Source of the DNA: Pseudomonadota bacterium
Lineage (GTDB): Bacteria > Pseudomonadota > Alphaproteobacteria > Rhodobacterales > Rhodobacteraceae
Reading direction: 5' to 3'
Assembly: GCA_039026235.1 (NCBI GenBank)
Contig: JBCCMQ010000008.1
Span: 62,771 to 126,770, forward strand
DNA: 64,000 nucleotides
A model generated the notes under the pieces. That model saw nothing but the letters and a program-made list of their open reading frames with translations. It had not been told where the DNA came from and searched no databases. Made by a program: the position numbers and the translations under genes. This document shows, in pieces, positions 45,528 to 56,195 of the stretch (its first letter is position 1; each line of letters begins with the position of its first letter).

Positions 45528-47171
45528 TTGCCGAAGTCTTGTCCGTCTTTGATCGGCAAGGCGGCAATGGATTTTGACACAACGGCCGTTATCGGCCTTA
45601 TCCTGGTAAGCTTCTGTGTGGCGACGGCAGCATTGATTGCAGCCGCGCATTTCTCGGAACGTCAGACGATCTCACAGCCCGCGGCGTTCGATCCGACCGA
45701 AACCGAAGCGGCGGTGTTTATCTTTGACGGCACGCTTCTTGTGGATGCGACTGACCGGGCGCGCAAGACGCTGAAACATGCGGGCGGGCGCGGATCGCCC
45801 TGGCAAAGACTTATATCGCATTTATCCCCGCAGTTCCCGGGTATTGAGACGCGGCTGGATTCCCTGCCGCGCGGCGAAGCGCTGGACGAATGGTCTGACG
45901 AAAAGGCGCGGGAAAGGGCCCGTTTGCTGGCCGAATGGCGCAACGGGCTGCTGCATTTGACGTTGCTCGACGCCGATCAGCCCGAGACAGCTGTGCGTGT
46001 TGATGCCCAGCGCTTTTATGATCTTGAGGCAGAGGCGGCCCTTCTAGAGGCCACTACCGATAAGGCGCCCTATCTGCACTGGAAGACAGACGAAGCAGGT
46101 CAGGTGATCTGGGCAAATCGTGCGTATTTGGTCACGGCCGAGCGGGTGCAAGGTGCCGAGGCGACCCAGAAATGGCCCCTTCCGCGTCTGTTCAACAGGC
46201 TTCAGATGATCACGCCCGAAGACGACCAAGGCGAACGCCGGATCTCGCTGATCGCTGAAGACGATGGAACGGAAGAAACCCTGTGGTTCGACACCGCGAG
46301 CCATCCCATGGGCACCGAAACGCTGCATTTTGCCATTGCGGCGGATGCCGCCGTGCGGGCCGAGGGCGCCCTGCGCGAATTCATTCAGACGCTGGCCAAG
46401 ACCTTTGCCCATCTTCCCATCGGGCTCGCCATATTCGACCGCTCGCGCCAGCTGGTGCTCTTCAACCCATCGCTCACGGATCTTTCCCGGCTTCCGGTTG
46501 CCTTTCTCAGCCGCCGACCGACGCTCAACGCCTTTCTGGACGAACTGCGGGAACGGCGGGTGATGCCTGAACCGAAGGACTACAAATCCTGGCGCCAGAA
46601 AATTCTTGAGCTGGAAGCCGAGGCCGTCAACGGAACCTATGAAGAAGACTGGTCACTGCCGTCGGGCCAGACCTACCGCGTAAGCGGCAGACCGCATCCA
46701 GAGGGCGCAATCGCCTTTCTTTTCGAAGATATCACCGCAGAAGTGTCTCTAACACGACGCTTTCGGGCCGATCTGGAACTCGGACAGGCCGTGCTCGATG
46801 CCCAGGAAGAGGCGCTCGCGGTGTTCTCGCCCAGCGGCATTCTGACCATGTCGAATGCGGCCTACGCCGATATCTGGGGCGTGGACCCTTCGACCACGCT
46901 GGGCAATATCGGGATAACCGATGCCATGCGCAGATGGCTCGACCTATCGGAACCCACGCCGGTTTGGGGGGACGCGCGGGATTTTATTTCGTCCGACGAA
47001 ACCCGTGCGGCCTGGACGGCCGAGGTCAAACTGAAGGCGGGCGGGCGTTTGAGATGCCGTTTCGTACCCATCAGTGGAGGTGCCACCCTGATTGGATTTT
47101 CCCGGGAAGATCCGGAACCCACGCGCAAACGGCGGTTGAATCTGTCAGAAGCGGGCGAGAGCACCGGCTAG
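45528..47171 (+). CDS. membrane-anchored PAS-repeat protein without recognisable output domain
   Basis: 547 aa with one N-terminal TM helix (AVIGLILVSFCVATAALIAAA) and repeated PAS-like segments (LPIGLAIFDRSRQLVLFNP..., EALAVFSPSGILTMSNAAYADIWG). There is no H-box or HATPase motif. ATG at 45567 is an alternative start. Confidence 0.65.
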   Translation: MPKSCPSLIGKAAMDFDTTAVIGLILVSFCVATAALIAAAHFSERQTISQPAAFDPTETEAAVFIFDGTLLVDATDRARKTLKHAGGRGSPWQRLISHLSPQFPGIETRLDSLPRGEALDEWSDEKARERARLLAEWRNGLLHLTLLDADQPETAVRVDAQRFYDLEAEAALLEATTDKAPYLHWKTDEAGQVIWANRAYLVTAERVQGAEATQKWPLPRLFNRLQMITPEDDQGERRISLIAEDDGTEETLWFDTASHPMGTETLHFAIAADAAVRAEGALREFIQTLAKTFAHLPIGLAIFDRSRQLVLFNPSLTDLSRLPVAFLSRRPTLNAFLDELRERRVMPEPKDYKSWRQKILELEAEAVNGTYEEDWSLPSGQTYRVSGRPHPEGAIAFLFEDITAEVSLTRRFRADLELGQAVLDAQEEALAVFSPSGILTMSNAAYADIWGVDPSTTLGNIGITDAMRRWLDLSEPTPVWGDARDFISSDETRAAWTAEVKLKAGGRLRCRFVPISGGATLIGFSREDPEPTRKRRLNLSEAGESTG

Positions 47172-47186
47172 CGTCTTGAAGCGGGG

Positions 47187-47702
47187 GTGGCGACAGGCCA
47201 CAAACCACGCATGACGCGCTGGCCCCCTTTGACCCTGACAAGCCCTGCCGAGACAGAGGAATTGGCCGGGCAATTTGCGCCGCTTTTAACGCGGGGTGAT
47301 CTGCTATTGCTGTCAGGCCCGGTTGGCGCCGGAAAAAGCCATTTCGCGCGGGCGCTTATCCAAACCCGCATGCGCGCCGTCGGCATGTTCGAGGACGTCC
47401 CGTCGCCCAGCTACACGCTCGTTCAGGTCTATGAAGTTGGCGGACTGGATATCTGGCATGCCGATCTTTATCGCCTCAGCGATGCCAGCGAGGTTCATGA
47501 ACTGGGTTTAACAGCCGCTTTCGAGACGGCGCTTTGCCTCATCGAATGGCCGGAACGGGCCGTGCTCGAATGGCCGGACACCGCCTTGAGGCTCACCTTC
47601 GATCCGGGTCCGGCGGATACGGCCCGCCAGCTTGCCTTCAGCAGTATCCGGCCTGAAGCGCCGGAGCGCTTTCTGCCCATCCTAGGGCGTGCCGATGGAT
47701 AA
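47187..47702 (+). CDS. tsaE: tRNA threonylcarbamoyladenosine biosynthesis ATPase TsaE
   Basis: 171 aa with the P-loop LLSGPVGAGKSHFARALI and the HADLYRL motif. Confidence 0.85.
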   Translation: MATGHKPRMTRWPPLTLTSPAETEELAGQFAPLLTRGDLLLLSGPVGAGKSHFARALIQTRMRAVGMFEDVPSPSYTLVQVYEVGGLDIWHADLYRLSDASEVHELGLTAAFETALCLIEWPERAVLEWPDTALRLTFDPGPADTARQLAFSSIRPEAPERFLPILGRADG

Positions 47703-48693
47703 GCGCATGACGCATATTCAGCGCTTCTTGGCGGACGCGGGATGGACTGCGGTAAAGATGACGCCCTTGGCCGGAGATGCGTCCCGACGGCGCTATTTCC
47801 GCGTCAGTGACGGGGGGCGGATCGCGGTTCTGATGGATGCGCCGCCCGAGACAGGGGAAGACACCGCGCGGTTTGTGCGCGTGGCGAAATATCTGACCGA
47901 TGCTGGCTTTAGCGCACCCGCCATTTTGTCCCATGACAGAGACGCCGGGCTGTTGCTTTTGGAAGACTTGGGCGACGCGCTTTTCGCACGCCAGATCACC
48001 AATACGCCCGAAGACGAAGAACCGCTTTACTTCGCTGCTGTCGACTTTCTGGTCGAGCTGCACCTTGCCGAGCCTGCCGCGTGGCTAAAGCCCATGACCG
48101 CGCGCTTCATGGCGGAACAGGCGCTTGAGACACTGGAATGGTTCCGCGATCCCGAGTTTTCCGGTGACAGTGTCTTCGGCGAGGATGACCGCCGGCTTCT
48201 GGAAGTCGCTTTTGCGGATGCCGCAGCGGATACGCCGGTTATGGTCTTGCGCGATTTTCACGCCGAGAACCTGGTCTGGTTGCCAGAGCGTTCGGGCGTG
48301 GGCCGCGTCGGTCTACTTGACTTTCAGGACGCGCTGGCCGGGCACCCGGCCTATGATCTTCTGTCGCTTCTGGAAGACGCGCGGCGCGATGTGGCGGATG
48401 ATCTGCGGCGTAGGTGCATCGATCGGTATCTCGCGGCATCCGGTCAGGACGCGCCAGCATTTCGGCAGGCGATGGCCGCGGTCGGCGCCCAGCGCCACCT
48501 GCGCATTCTGGGCATTTTCGCCCGCTTGGCGCGCACCCAGGGCAAGTCGGACTATCTGACCATGGTGCCCCGCGTCTGGGCCCATCTGCAGCGCGCGCTC
48601 TCCGCATCAAATCTGACCGATTTGCGCACTTGGGTTGAGGTGCACCTGCCGGACCCCGACAGCGCGTATCTGAAGCGGCTGGAGCGGCCATGA
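47689..48693 (+). CDS. amgK: aminoglycoside phosphotransferase-fold kinase (N-acetylmuramate/GlcNAc kinase AmgK-like)
   Basis: 334 aa with APH-fold catalytic motifs (VLRDFHAENLVWL, LLDFQDA). It sits in the tsaE-amgK-murU synteny typical of alphaproteobacteria. Confidence 0.7.
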   Translation: MPMDKRMTHIQRFLADAGWTAVKMTPLAGDASRRRYFRVSDGGRIAVLMDAPPETGEDTARFVRVAKYLTDAGFSAPAILSHDRDAGLLLLEDLGDALFARQITNTPEDEEPLYFAAVDFLVELHLAEPAAWLKPMTARFMAEQALETLEWFRDPEFSGDSVFGEDDRRLLEVAFADAAADTPVMVLRDFHAENLVWLPERSGVGRVGLLDFQDALAGHPAYDLLSLLEDARRDVADDLRRRCIDRYLAASGQDAPAFRQAMAAVGAQRHLRILGIFARLARTQGKSDYLTMVPRVWAHLQRALSASNLTDLRTWVEVHLPDPDSAYLKRLERP

Positions 48694-49391
48694 GCGCCTT
48701 GCCCTCTGCCGCCATGGTCTTTGCCGCGGGCTTTGGCACGCGGATGGGGCCGCTGACCAAGGATAGACCGAAACCCCTTATTCCGGTGGCGGGAAAGCCG
48801 CTTTTGGATCATGCGCTTGACCAGGTGCGTGGGGCCGGGATCAGCCGCGCGGCAGTCAATGCGCACTACAAGGCGGACCAGATTGCCGCACATCTTCAAG
48901 GAACGGACATCGCGTTGTCTCTGGAGGCGCCAGAGATCCTCGACACCGGCGGCGGGCTGGTCCAGGCGCTGGGTCTTTTGTCCCCCGAACCCGGCGCCCC
49001 GGTTTTCGCGATCAACAGCGATTCTGTCTGGCAAGGGCCAAACCCCCTGTCGGCCCTGAGGAATGCCTGGCAGCCGTCGCTTATGGACGCCTTGCTGCTG
49101 GTGGTTCCGCCATCACAGGCGGTCGGCCGAACCACGCCGGGGGATTTTCATCTGGACGCCGACGGCCGCCTGCACCGCAAAGGTGATTTCGTCTACACCG
49201 GCGCGCAAATCCTGAAGACATCAGCCATTGCGAACCCGCCTGGGCGGGTGTTTTCGCTGAACTGGGCGTGGGACCAGATCGCGGACACCGGGCGCCTTTA
49301 CGGTTTGGTCTGGCCCGGTCAATGGTGCGATGTCGGGCATCCGGGCGGGCTTAACTTGGCCGAAGGCATGATGACGGGACACACCAGGTGA
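48690..49391 (+). CDS. murU: nucleotidyltransferase (MurNAc-1-P uridylyltransferase MurU-like)
   Basis: 233 aa with the N-terminal NTP-transferase motif MVFAAGFGTRMGPLTKDRPKPLIPVAGKPLL. It has 4-nt overlaps with both neighbours. Confidence 0.7.
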   Translation: MSALPSAAMVFAAGFGTRMGPLTKDRPKPLIPVAGKPLLDHALDQVRGAGISRAAVNAHYKADQIAAHLQGTDIALSLEAPEILDTGGGLVQALGLLSPEPGAPVFAINSDSVWQGPNPLSALRNAWQPSLMDALLLVVPPSQAVGRTTPGDFHLDADGRLHRKGDFVYTGAQILKTSAIANPPGRVFSLNWAWDQIADTGRLYGLVWPGQWCDVGHPGGLNLAEGMMTGHTR

Positions 49392-52309
49392 CCGGGCCGC
49401 GCATCTTTTCCCTGCCCTGCGGCGTCGATTTTGCGCAAGAACTCGTTGCCGGCCTCAGGGCCCGCTTCGGTCAGCCGCCCGAGGCGATGGCCCGCGTTCA
49501 GATATTCGTCAATACCGCCCGTATGCGCAGCGCGGTCGAGACGGCTTTCATAGCCAAAGGTCCGGGATTCCTGCCGCGCATCCAGCTTGTCACGGATATT
49601 GGCGCCGACCTTGTTGCCCACGATCTTCCTCCGGCGGTGCCGGACCTGCAGCGCAGGCTCGAACTGACCCGCCTTGTGGGCAAACTGATCGAGAAAGAGC
49701 CCGATCTGGCGCCCCGTACAGCGCTGTTTTCGCTGTCTGACAGTCTTGCGGCGCTGCTGGGCGAAATGGCGGGAGAAGGGGTAGATCCGAAACTACTGGC
49801 TGACCTGGACATCGCGGATGTATCGGGCCACTGGCAGCGCAGCCTGCAGTTTCTGCAGATCGCCAGCACATTCGCCGACGCGCCGGACAAAGAGGCCCGT
49901 CAACGCCTTGCGGTTGATCGCATGGTCGCCGCATGGGACGCCCATCCGCCCGATCATCCGGTCATCGTGGCCGGATCGACAGGCAGTCGGGGACCGACGT
50001 TAAAGCTGATGACGGCCGTCGCGGGATTGCCCCAGGGGGCTTTGGTTCTGCCTGGCTTTGATGCCACGATGCCAGAACGGATCTGGAAGTCGCTGCCCAA
50101 AAGCGCCGCACCGGATGACCACCCGCAGTTTCGCTTTGCGGTTCTGCTGGATCGTCTTGGCCTTACGGCGAATGACGTCGCGCCCTGGTCTGCCGTGGCG
50201 CCGCCATCGGCGGCACGAAATCGGCTGGTGTCCCTGGCGCTCAGACCCGCGCCCGTGACCGACGAATGGCTGCGTGACGGCGCCGCGCTTTATCCGGAGC
50301 TAGAGGAAGCCACAGCTGGTTTAAGCCTGCTTGAGGCCGATGATGAACGCCTTGAGGCCGCCGCCATCGCCGTTCGATTGCGTCAGGCAGCTGAAGACGG
50401 ACAGACGGCCGCGCTGATTACGCCCGACCGTGTTCTGGTACGGCGTGTAACGGCCGCTCTTGACCGTTGGGGCATCCGGCCAGACGTCAGCGCCGGGCGG
50501 CCGCTTCACCTCAGTGCGCCGGGCCGGTTTTTGCGCCAGATCTCTGCTGTCATGGGCCGGGCGCCCACGCTCGACGCGCTGCTTGCGCTGCTCAAACACC
50601 CGATCACACATTCCGACGCGGGGCGCGGCGATCACCTGCGCCATACCCGGGATCTGGAGCTTTTCCTTAGGGATCGCGGTCTTCCCTTTGCCACAGAGGA
50701 GGCGCTCGACCACTGGTCGGCTAAGGAGGACAGGTCCGTCTGGGCCCCATGGCTTTCGGATCTGCTCCACCGGCTCGCGCGAATTCGTTCTGGTCCGATG
50801 GATGATCTTGTGCGTGTTCATCTGGATCTTGCCGATCGGCTCGCGCGGGGCACGGTGGGCAGCGGGTCGGGAGAGCTATGGCTTGAGGATGCCGGCGCGC
50901 TGGCCCTTGCCAGCATGTCGGCGCTGCAGAGTTATGCGCCCGAGGCCAGCGCCATGGCACCGGCCGACTACACTGCGCTGGTTGGTGCGGTGTTGGCGGG
51001 CGAAAACGTTCGCGCAGCCGTTGGAGTTCACCCCACCATCATGATCTGGGGCACGCTTGAGGCGCGCCTTAACGCGGCCGAGGTTACAATTCTGGCTGGT
51101 CTAAACGAAGGCGTCTGGCCCGAGATGCCCGCGCCAGATCCCTGGCTGAGCCGCGGCATGCGCCGTGCCCTTGGTCTGCCGGCACCGGAACGGCTGGTCG
51201 GTCTCGCCGCGCATGATTTTCAACAGGCGATCGGCACGCCAGAAGTGCTCTTGTGCCGGTCGGTACGATCGGCCGATGCCGAAACGGTGCCGTCACGCTG
51301 GATCAATCGCCTGACCAACCTGCTTGGCGGGCTCGGGGATGCGGGCCCCGAAGCTCTGAAAAGCATGCAAAGCCGGGGCCGACACTGGATCGATATCGCA
51401 CGAGGTGATGAGGCGCGCATACCGCGCGTCGCACCGGAACCGCGCCCGTCACCGGTTCCACCGACCGACGCGCAGCCCCGCCGCCTGCGCGCCACGGCCA
51501 TCAAGACCCTGAAACGGGATCCCTATGCGATCTACGCGTCCGAAGTTCTTCGTTTGCGTCCGCTGGGTCCGTTGAACCCCGATGCGACCTATGCGCTGCG
51601 GGGGACGGTGCTGCACCGCGTAATGGAGACATTTGTCAGGCAGACGGGCGGAGACGCTGGCGCAATGATGCGCACGCGCCTCTTGGCGGTTGCCGATCAG
51701 GTGCTGGGCGCCGACGTCCCCTGGCCCCTGGCACAACGCCTTTGGCAGGCGCGCATCGCCGCTTCTGCGGACTGGATCATCCAGGTTGCGCACAAGCTGG
51801 GACACGCGGGCACGCCCCTGGCGCTTGAGGCGCGGGGCAGCCTAACCATCCAGCCAGCGGGCCTGATAATCCGAGGCATTGCCGACCGGATCGACCGCCT
51901 GCCGGGCGGCCAGCTTGCGGTCTACGACTACAAGACCGGCCATGTGCCAACCGCCAAGGAACAGCGCATCTTCGACAAACAATTGGCGCTGATGGCGCTG
52001 ATGGCGGAAGCGGGCGGTTTTCTTGACGCTCAGGGTCAGCCGCTGACGGCAGCCCCCGTGGCATCCGCCGCGTTCATCGGCCTTGGAACGGCACAGATTA
52101 TGCGCGCCGGCGAGGTGTCAAAGACCGATCTGGCCGAGGTTCTAGAGGATCTGACCGCCCTTGTTTCCGCCTACCTACAGGGCGATGCGGGCTATACCGC
52201 GCGCGCCCTGATGCAGAAGCAAGATGATGCGGGCGACTACGATCACTTGTCGCGTTTCGGCGAATGGTCAGCATCCAGCGCCCCAACCCGCCAAGAGGTC
52301 GGGCGCTAG
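49388..52309 (+). CDS. addB: double-strand break repair protein AddB (alphaproteobacterial type)
   Basis: 973 aa, directly upstream of addA, with a C-terminal PD-(D/E)xK nuclease region (IADRIDRL...AVYDYKTG). Confidence 0.85.
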   Translation: MTGPRIFSLPCGVDFAQELVAGLRARFGQPPEAMARVQIFVNTARMRSAVETAFIAKGPGFLPRIQLVTDIGADLVAHDLPPAVPDLQRRLELTRLVGKLIEKEPDLAPRTALFSLSDSLAALLGEMAGEGVDPKLLADLDIADVSGHWQRSLQFLQIASTFADAPDKEARQRLAVDRMVAAWDAHPPDHPVIVAGSTGSRGPTLKLMTAVAGLPQGALVLPGFDATMPERIWKSLPKSAAPDDHPQFRFAVLLDRLGLTANDVAPWSAVAPPSAARNRLVSLALRPAPVTDEWLRDGAALYPELEEATAGLSLLEADDERLEAAAIAVRLRQAAEDGQTAALITPDRVLVRRVTAALDRWGIRPDVSAGRPLHLSAPGRFLRQISAVMGRAPTLDALLALLKHPITHSDAGRGDHLRHTRDLELFLRDRGLPFATEEALDHWSAKEDRSVWAPWLSDLLHRLARIRSGPMDDLVRVHLDLADRLARGTVGSGSGELWLEDAGALALASMSALQSYAPEASAMAPADYTALVGAVLAGENVRAAVGVHPTIMIWGTLEARLNAAEVTILAGLNEGVWPEMPAPDPWLSRGMRRALGLPAPERLVGLAAHDFQQAIGTPEVLLCRSVRSADAETVPSRWINRLTNLLGGLGDAGPEALKSMQSRGRHWIDIARGDEARIPRVAPEPRPSPVPPTDAQPRRLRATAIKTLKRDPYAIYASEVLRLRPLGPLNPDATYALRGTVLHRVMETFVRQTGGDAGAMMRTRLLAVADQVLGADVPWPLAQRLWQARIAASADWIIQVAHKLGHAGTPLALEARGSLTIQPAGLIIRGIADRIDRLPGGQLAVYDYKTGHVPTAKEQRIFDKQLALMALMAEAGGFLDAQGQPLTAAPVASAAFIGLGTAQIMRAGEVSKTDLAEVLEDLTALVSAYLQGDAGYTARALMQKQDDAGDYDHLSRFGEWSASSAPTRQEVGR

Positions 52310-52310
52310 C

Positions 52311-55300
52311 ATGGATGACGCAACCGGCCGCCAGATAACTGCCGCCGCGCCGGACCGGTCCAGTTGGGTTTCGGCCAACGCGGGGTCGGGAAAGACCCGG
52401 GTGCTGACGGACCGGGTTGCGCGGCTCTTGTTCCACGGGGTACCGCCGGAACGGATCCTGTGTCTGACCTACACCCGTGCCGCAGCCGGAGAGATGCAGA
52501 ACCGGTTGTTTCGCCGTCTTGGCGGCTGGGTGATGAAATCGGACGAAGCACTGGCGGCAGAGCTGCGCGACATGGGTGAAACCGGTCCGCTGGGGCCGGA
52601 CCGGCTTGGTCAGGCGCGACAGGTCTTTGCACGGGCAATCGAAACCCCGGGCGGTCTGAAAATTCAGACAATCCATGCGTTCTGCGGCGCTCTTTTGCGA
52701 CGGTTTCCGCTCGAAGCGGGAATTTCGCCAGGCTTTTCGGAAATTGACGAACGCACGGCCCACCGGCTGCAGGACGAGGTCCTGCAATCCATGGCTGAAG
52801 GGCAAACAAGACCCCTGATCGACACCCTTGCTCAATCGCTTGCGGGTGGCGACCCTATCGCGCTTGTTCGGGAACTTCTGCGCTACCGGCAAGAGGCTTC
52901 CAAACCCCGCAGTCTGCCTGAGATCTTTCAGGAATTTGGCCTGCCCAATGATGCGGACGAAGGCCTGGCTCTCCGAACCCTGTCCTTTTCGGACGCTGAT
53001 GAGGCGGCGCTGGGCGCGCTAATGCCGGTTCTTGCAGAGGCCGGCGGGCAGGACACGAAGGTTCTCGAAACTCTGGGCGGTCTGTCCGGTCGACCCAGCT
53101 CAGACGCGGACCTTAAGATCCTTGAGAGCGCCTTTCTGACCGGCAAAACCGCCAAGGAGCCATTTTCGCCTAAGACAGGTAAGGTCCCGAAGAAAGCGTT
53201 TCAGCCTGCGTTAGGGTCACATTTGGCTCAGATCGATGACCTCATGGCGCGGGTCGCGGCCGCCCGCCGGGTACGGACCGCATGGGCCGCCGCCAGGAAC
53301 ACCATGGCGCTTCACCAGTTCGCGGAGCCCTTTCTACGGCTCTATGCCCAGGCAAAGGCGGCCCGTGGATGGATCGATTTCGATGACCTGATCCAGAAGA
53401 CGGCGACGCTTTTGACCAACCCGGCCGTGGCCGACTGGGTGCTTTTTCGTCTCGACGGCGGCATCGACCATATTCTGGTCGACGAAGCGCAGGACACCAG
53501 CCCCGCCCAATGGACGGTCATTGAACTTCTGGCGCGCGAATTCACGACAGGTCAGGGCGCCCGCACATCCGTGCCGCGCACTATCTTCGTGGTAGGGGAC
53601 CAGAAACAGTCGATCTATTCCTTTCAGGGCGCCGCGCCCGACGCTTTTGCCCGCATGCGCGTGGATTTTCGGGATCGTTTGACGCAAATCGACCAACCGT
53701 TTCAGTCGGTTGAGCTCAGCCACAGCTTCCGGTCGTCGCCTGCCATTCTGGAATTTGTGGATGCCACCCTGCAGCCCCACGCAGGTGATGGGCTTGGCGG
53801 TCATTTCCACCATCTGGCGTTTCACCGGGACGTGGCCGGCAGGGTCGATATCTGGCCGCTGATCGATCAATCCGAGCCATCGGAAGAGCCGCCTTTCCGC
53901 CAGCCGGTGGATCAGGTCGGGCAGGACCATCCGGCCGTAACGCTGGCCGCGGATCTGGCGCGCCAGATCAAGGATCTCGTCACCGGCGGAGCGACAATCC
54001 CGACTGAGTCCGGGGCCCGCCGCAGATTGCGGTACGGCGATTTTCTGATTCTTGTTCAGCGCCGGTCCGGCGTTCTGTTCCGCGAGCTGATCCGGCGCCT
54101 GAAGTCCGAAGGCTTGCCCATAGCCGGGGCGGACAAGCTGGCCGTGGGCCAAGAGCTGGCGGTCAAGGATCTGATTGCGCTTCTGTCGTTTCTGGCAACG
54201 CCCGAAGACGATCTGTCCCTTGCGGCAAGCCTGCGGTCACCGCTTTTTGGCTGGAGCGAAGATGATCTTTTCCGCCTGGCCCAGCCGCGTGAACAGCACC
54301 AATTCCTCTGGAACCGATTGCGGGCGGTCGCCCAAGAAGATGACACGACGCTGGCGGTTCTGGACGACATGCGCCGCCAAACGGACTTTCTGCGGCCCTA
54401 TGATCTGCTAGAGCGCATTCTTCTGCGCCACGGGGGACGAAACCGGCTGTTGGCGCGACTGGGACCAGAGGCGGAAGAGGGGATAAACGCGCTTCTCAAC
54501 CTGGCATTGGAATATGAGGCCGCCGATGTCCCCAGCCTGACCGGATTTCTGGGATGGATCGGCACCGAGGAGATCACCGTTTCCCGGACGATCGATGAAC
54601 AAAGCGATGAGATACGGATCATGACAGTGCATGGTGCCAAGGGGCGCGAGGCGCCGGTCGTCATCCTGCCCGACACCCAACAGCGCCGTGCGGGCGGCGA
54701 TCCGGCGCTTCTGGTGGGCGACGGATCTGTGCTCTGGTCGGTGCCCAATGCCGACGACCCTGAGACCATCGCCCACGCCCGGGATCGGGCGCGGCAGATC
54801 CGCGAAGAAGAACGAATGCGACTGCTTTACGTGGCCATGACGCGGGCGGAACGTTGGTTGATCGTATGCGGTGCCGGCAAGGCAAGCGACGATTGCTGGC
54901 ATTCGATTATGCAGGGCGGGGCGCAAACGCTTGGTGCGGGGACCTTGACGACGCCAACAGGCGAAGGTCTTCGGTGGCAATCGGGCGATTGGGATGGGGG
55001 TGCGCTGGCTGACGCGCCAGACGGTCCTTTTGTTCCGGTGGTCCCACCAGTCTGGATTGACCATCCGGCACCGCCACCGGAAGAAAGGCAGCGCTATCTC
55101 AGCCCGTCGGATCTTGGCGGATCGAAAGCTCTGCCGGGAGAGGCGGGCCTTGACGAAGAAGCGGCCCTGAAACGTGGCAGCGCCATTCACACCCTTCTTG
55201 AGCACCTTCCGGGAACGGACCCGGCCGACGCGCTGACGCTTTCACGCCACCTGCTGCCGGAAATCCCCGGGCCGGAACTGGAGGCCTTGCTCAATGAAGT

Positions 55301-55664
55301 CACCGCTCTTTTGGAAAAGCCGACCTTCCAGGACATCCTGGGTGCATCGAGCCTGGCCGAGGTTCCCGTCACAGGGACTATCGAGGGCTTTGCGGCACCC
55401 TTCAGGGGCGTTGTCGACCGGCTGCTGGTGAACGATGGCCGCATTCTGGCGGTCGATTTCAAAACCAATGCCACGGTGCCGGGACGGCCCGAGGACGTGC
55501 CGGAAGGCCTGTTGAGACAGATGGGCGCCTATGCAGAGATTCTGATGCAAATCTATCCTGACCGGCCGGTTCAGACAGCCATTCTGTGGACCCGCCCGCC
55601 CCTTCTCATGGATCTCCCGCACGAGATCGTGAGGGATGCCTTGCAGCGTGCCGCAACACCTTGA
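52311..55664 (+). CDS. addA: double-strand break repair helicase AddA (UvrD/Rep SF1 helicase plus nuclease)
   Basis: ATG at 52311 lies 2 nt after the addB stop. It has Walker A SANAGSGKTRVL, UvrD motifs (ILVDEAQDTSPAQ, VGDQKQSIYSFQGA, TVHGAKGREAPVV) and a C-terminal nuclease (VDRLLV...AVDFKT). Confidence 0.9.
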   Translation: MDDATGRQITAAAPDRSSWVSANAGSGKTRVLTDRVARLLFHGVPPERILCLTYTRAAAGEMQNRLFRRLGGWVMKSDEALAAELRDMGETGPLGPDRLGQARQVFARAIETPGGLKIQTIHAFCGALLRRFPLEAGISPGFSEIDERTAHRLQDEVLQSMAEGQTRPLIDTLAQSLAGGDPIALVRELLRYRQEASKPRSLPEIFQEFGLPNDADEGLALRTLSFSDADEAALGALMPVLAEAGGQDTKVLETLGGLSGRPSSDADLKILESAFLTGKTAKEPFSPKTGKVPKKAFQPALGSHLAQIDDLMARVAAARRVRTAWAAARNTMALHQFAEPFLRLYAQAKAARGWIDFDDLIQKTATLLTNPAVADWVLFRLDGGIDHILVDEAQDTSPAQWTVIELLAREFTTGQGARTSVPRTIFVVGDQKQSIYSFQGAAPDAFARMRVDFRDRLTQIDQPFQSVELSHSFRSSPAILEFVDATLQPHAGDGLGGHFHHLAFHRDVAGRVDIWPLIDQSEPSEEPPFRQPVDQVGQDHPAVTLAADLARQIKDLVTGGATIPTESGARRRLRYGDFLILVQRRSGVLFRELIRRLKSEGLPIAGADKLAVGQELAVKDLIALLSFLATPEDDLSLAASLRSPLFGWSEDDLFRLAQPREQHQFLWNRLRAVAQEDDTTLAVLDDMRRQTDFLRPYDLLERILLRHGGRNRLLARLGPEAEEGINALLNLALEYEAADVPSLTGFLGWIGTEEITVSRTIDEQSDEIRIMTVHGAKGREAPVVILPDTQQRRAGGDPALLVGDGSVLWSVPNADDPETIAHARDRARQIREEERMRLLYVAMTRAERWLIVCGAGKASDDCWHSIMQGGAQTLGAGTLTTPTGEGLRWQSGDWDGGALADAPDGPFVPVVPPVWIDHPAPPPEERQRYLSPSDLGGSKALPGEAGLDEEAALKRGSAIHTLLEHLPGTDPADALTLSRHLLPEIPGPELEALLNEVTALLEKPTFQDILGASSLAEVPVTGTIEGFAAPFRGVVDRLLVNDGRILAVDFKTNATVPGRPEDVPEGLLRQMGAYAEILMQIYPDRPVQTAILWTRPPLLMDLPHEIVRDALQRAATP

Positions 55665-55725
55665 CCCTCGCCGGGAGCGTGCCTAGCTTGTCAGTCCAAC
55701 CCTGGTTCCCCGAAGGAGAAAGACA

Positions 55726-56046
55726 ATGGCGACGGTTGCAGTCACCGACGATACGTTTGACGCCGAAGTGCGCCAATCGGACATTCCGGTGGTCGTGGAT
55801 TTCTGGGCAGAGTGGTGCGGCCCCTGCAAGCAGATCGGTCCGGCCCTTGAAGAAATTGCCACCGAGATGGCGGGTCAGGTCAAGATCGTCAAAGTCAACG
55901 TGGACGAGAACCCGAATTCCCCTGCCCAGATGGGTGTGCGCGGCATCCCGGCCCTGTTCATGTTCAAGGACGGACAGGTCGTGTCGAACAAGGTGGGCGC
56001 TGCTCCTAAAGCAAGCTTGCAGAGCTGGATCCAGGACGAGATCTGA
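55726..56046 (+). CDS. trxA: thioredoxin
   Basis: 106 aa with the WAEWCGPCK active site. Confidence 0.95.
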   Translation: MATVAVTDDTFDAEVRQSDIPVVVDFWAEWCGPCKQIGPALEEIATEMAGQVKIVKVNVDENPNSPAQMGVRGIPALFMFKDGQVVSNKVGAAPKASLQSWIQDEI

Positions 56047-56070
56047 CGGCTGATCCGGGCCAAGTTGACG

Positions 56071-56095
56071 GGGCGCCCGATTGGGCGCCCTTTTT
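56071..56095 (+). terminator. rho-independent terminator after trxA
   Basis: GGGCGCCC gatt GGGCGCCC TTTTT. This is a perfect 8-bp GC stem followed by a T-run, 25 nt after the stop. Confidence 0.8.
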
Positions 56096-56195
56096 CGTTC
56101 CACCGTCAATGGTGCCCGGCGGGCCATTGCACAGGCGGTGCTTTGCAATTCTGCGCGCGATCGCCATATAGACGAAGCGCTAAGAAGGAGCGGCA

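Noticed and set aside
52098-55205. Several 160-270-aa minus-strand ORFs within addA (52098-52892, 53334-54152, 54408-55205)
   Set aside because: They are antisense to the SF1 helicase gene, which has intact motifs. Their composition is typical of GC-rich antisense frames.
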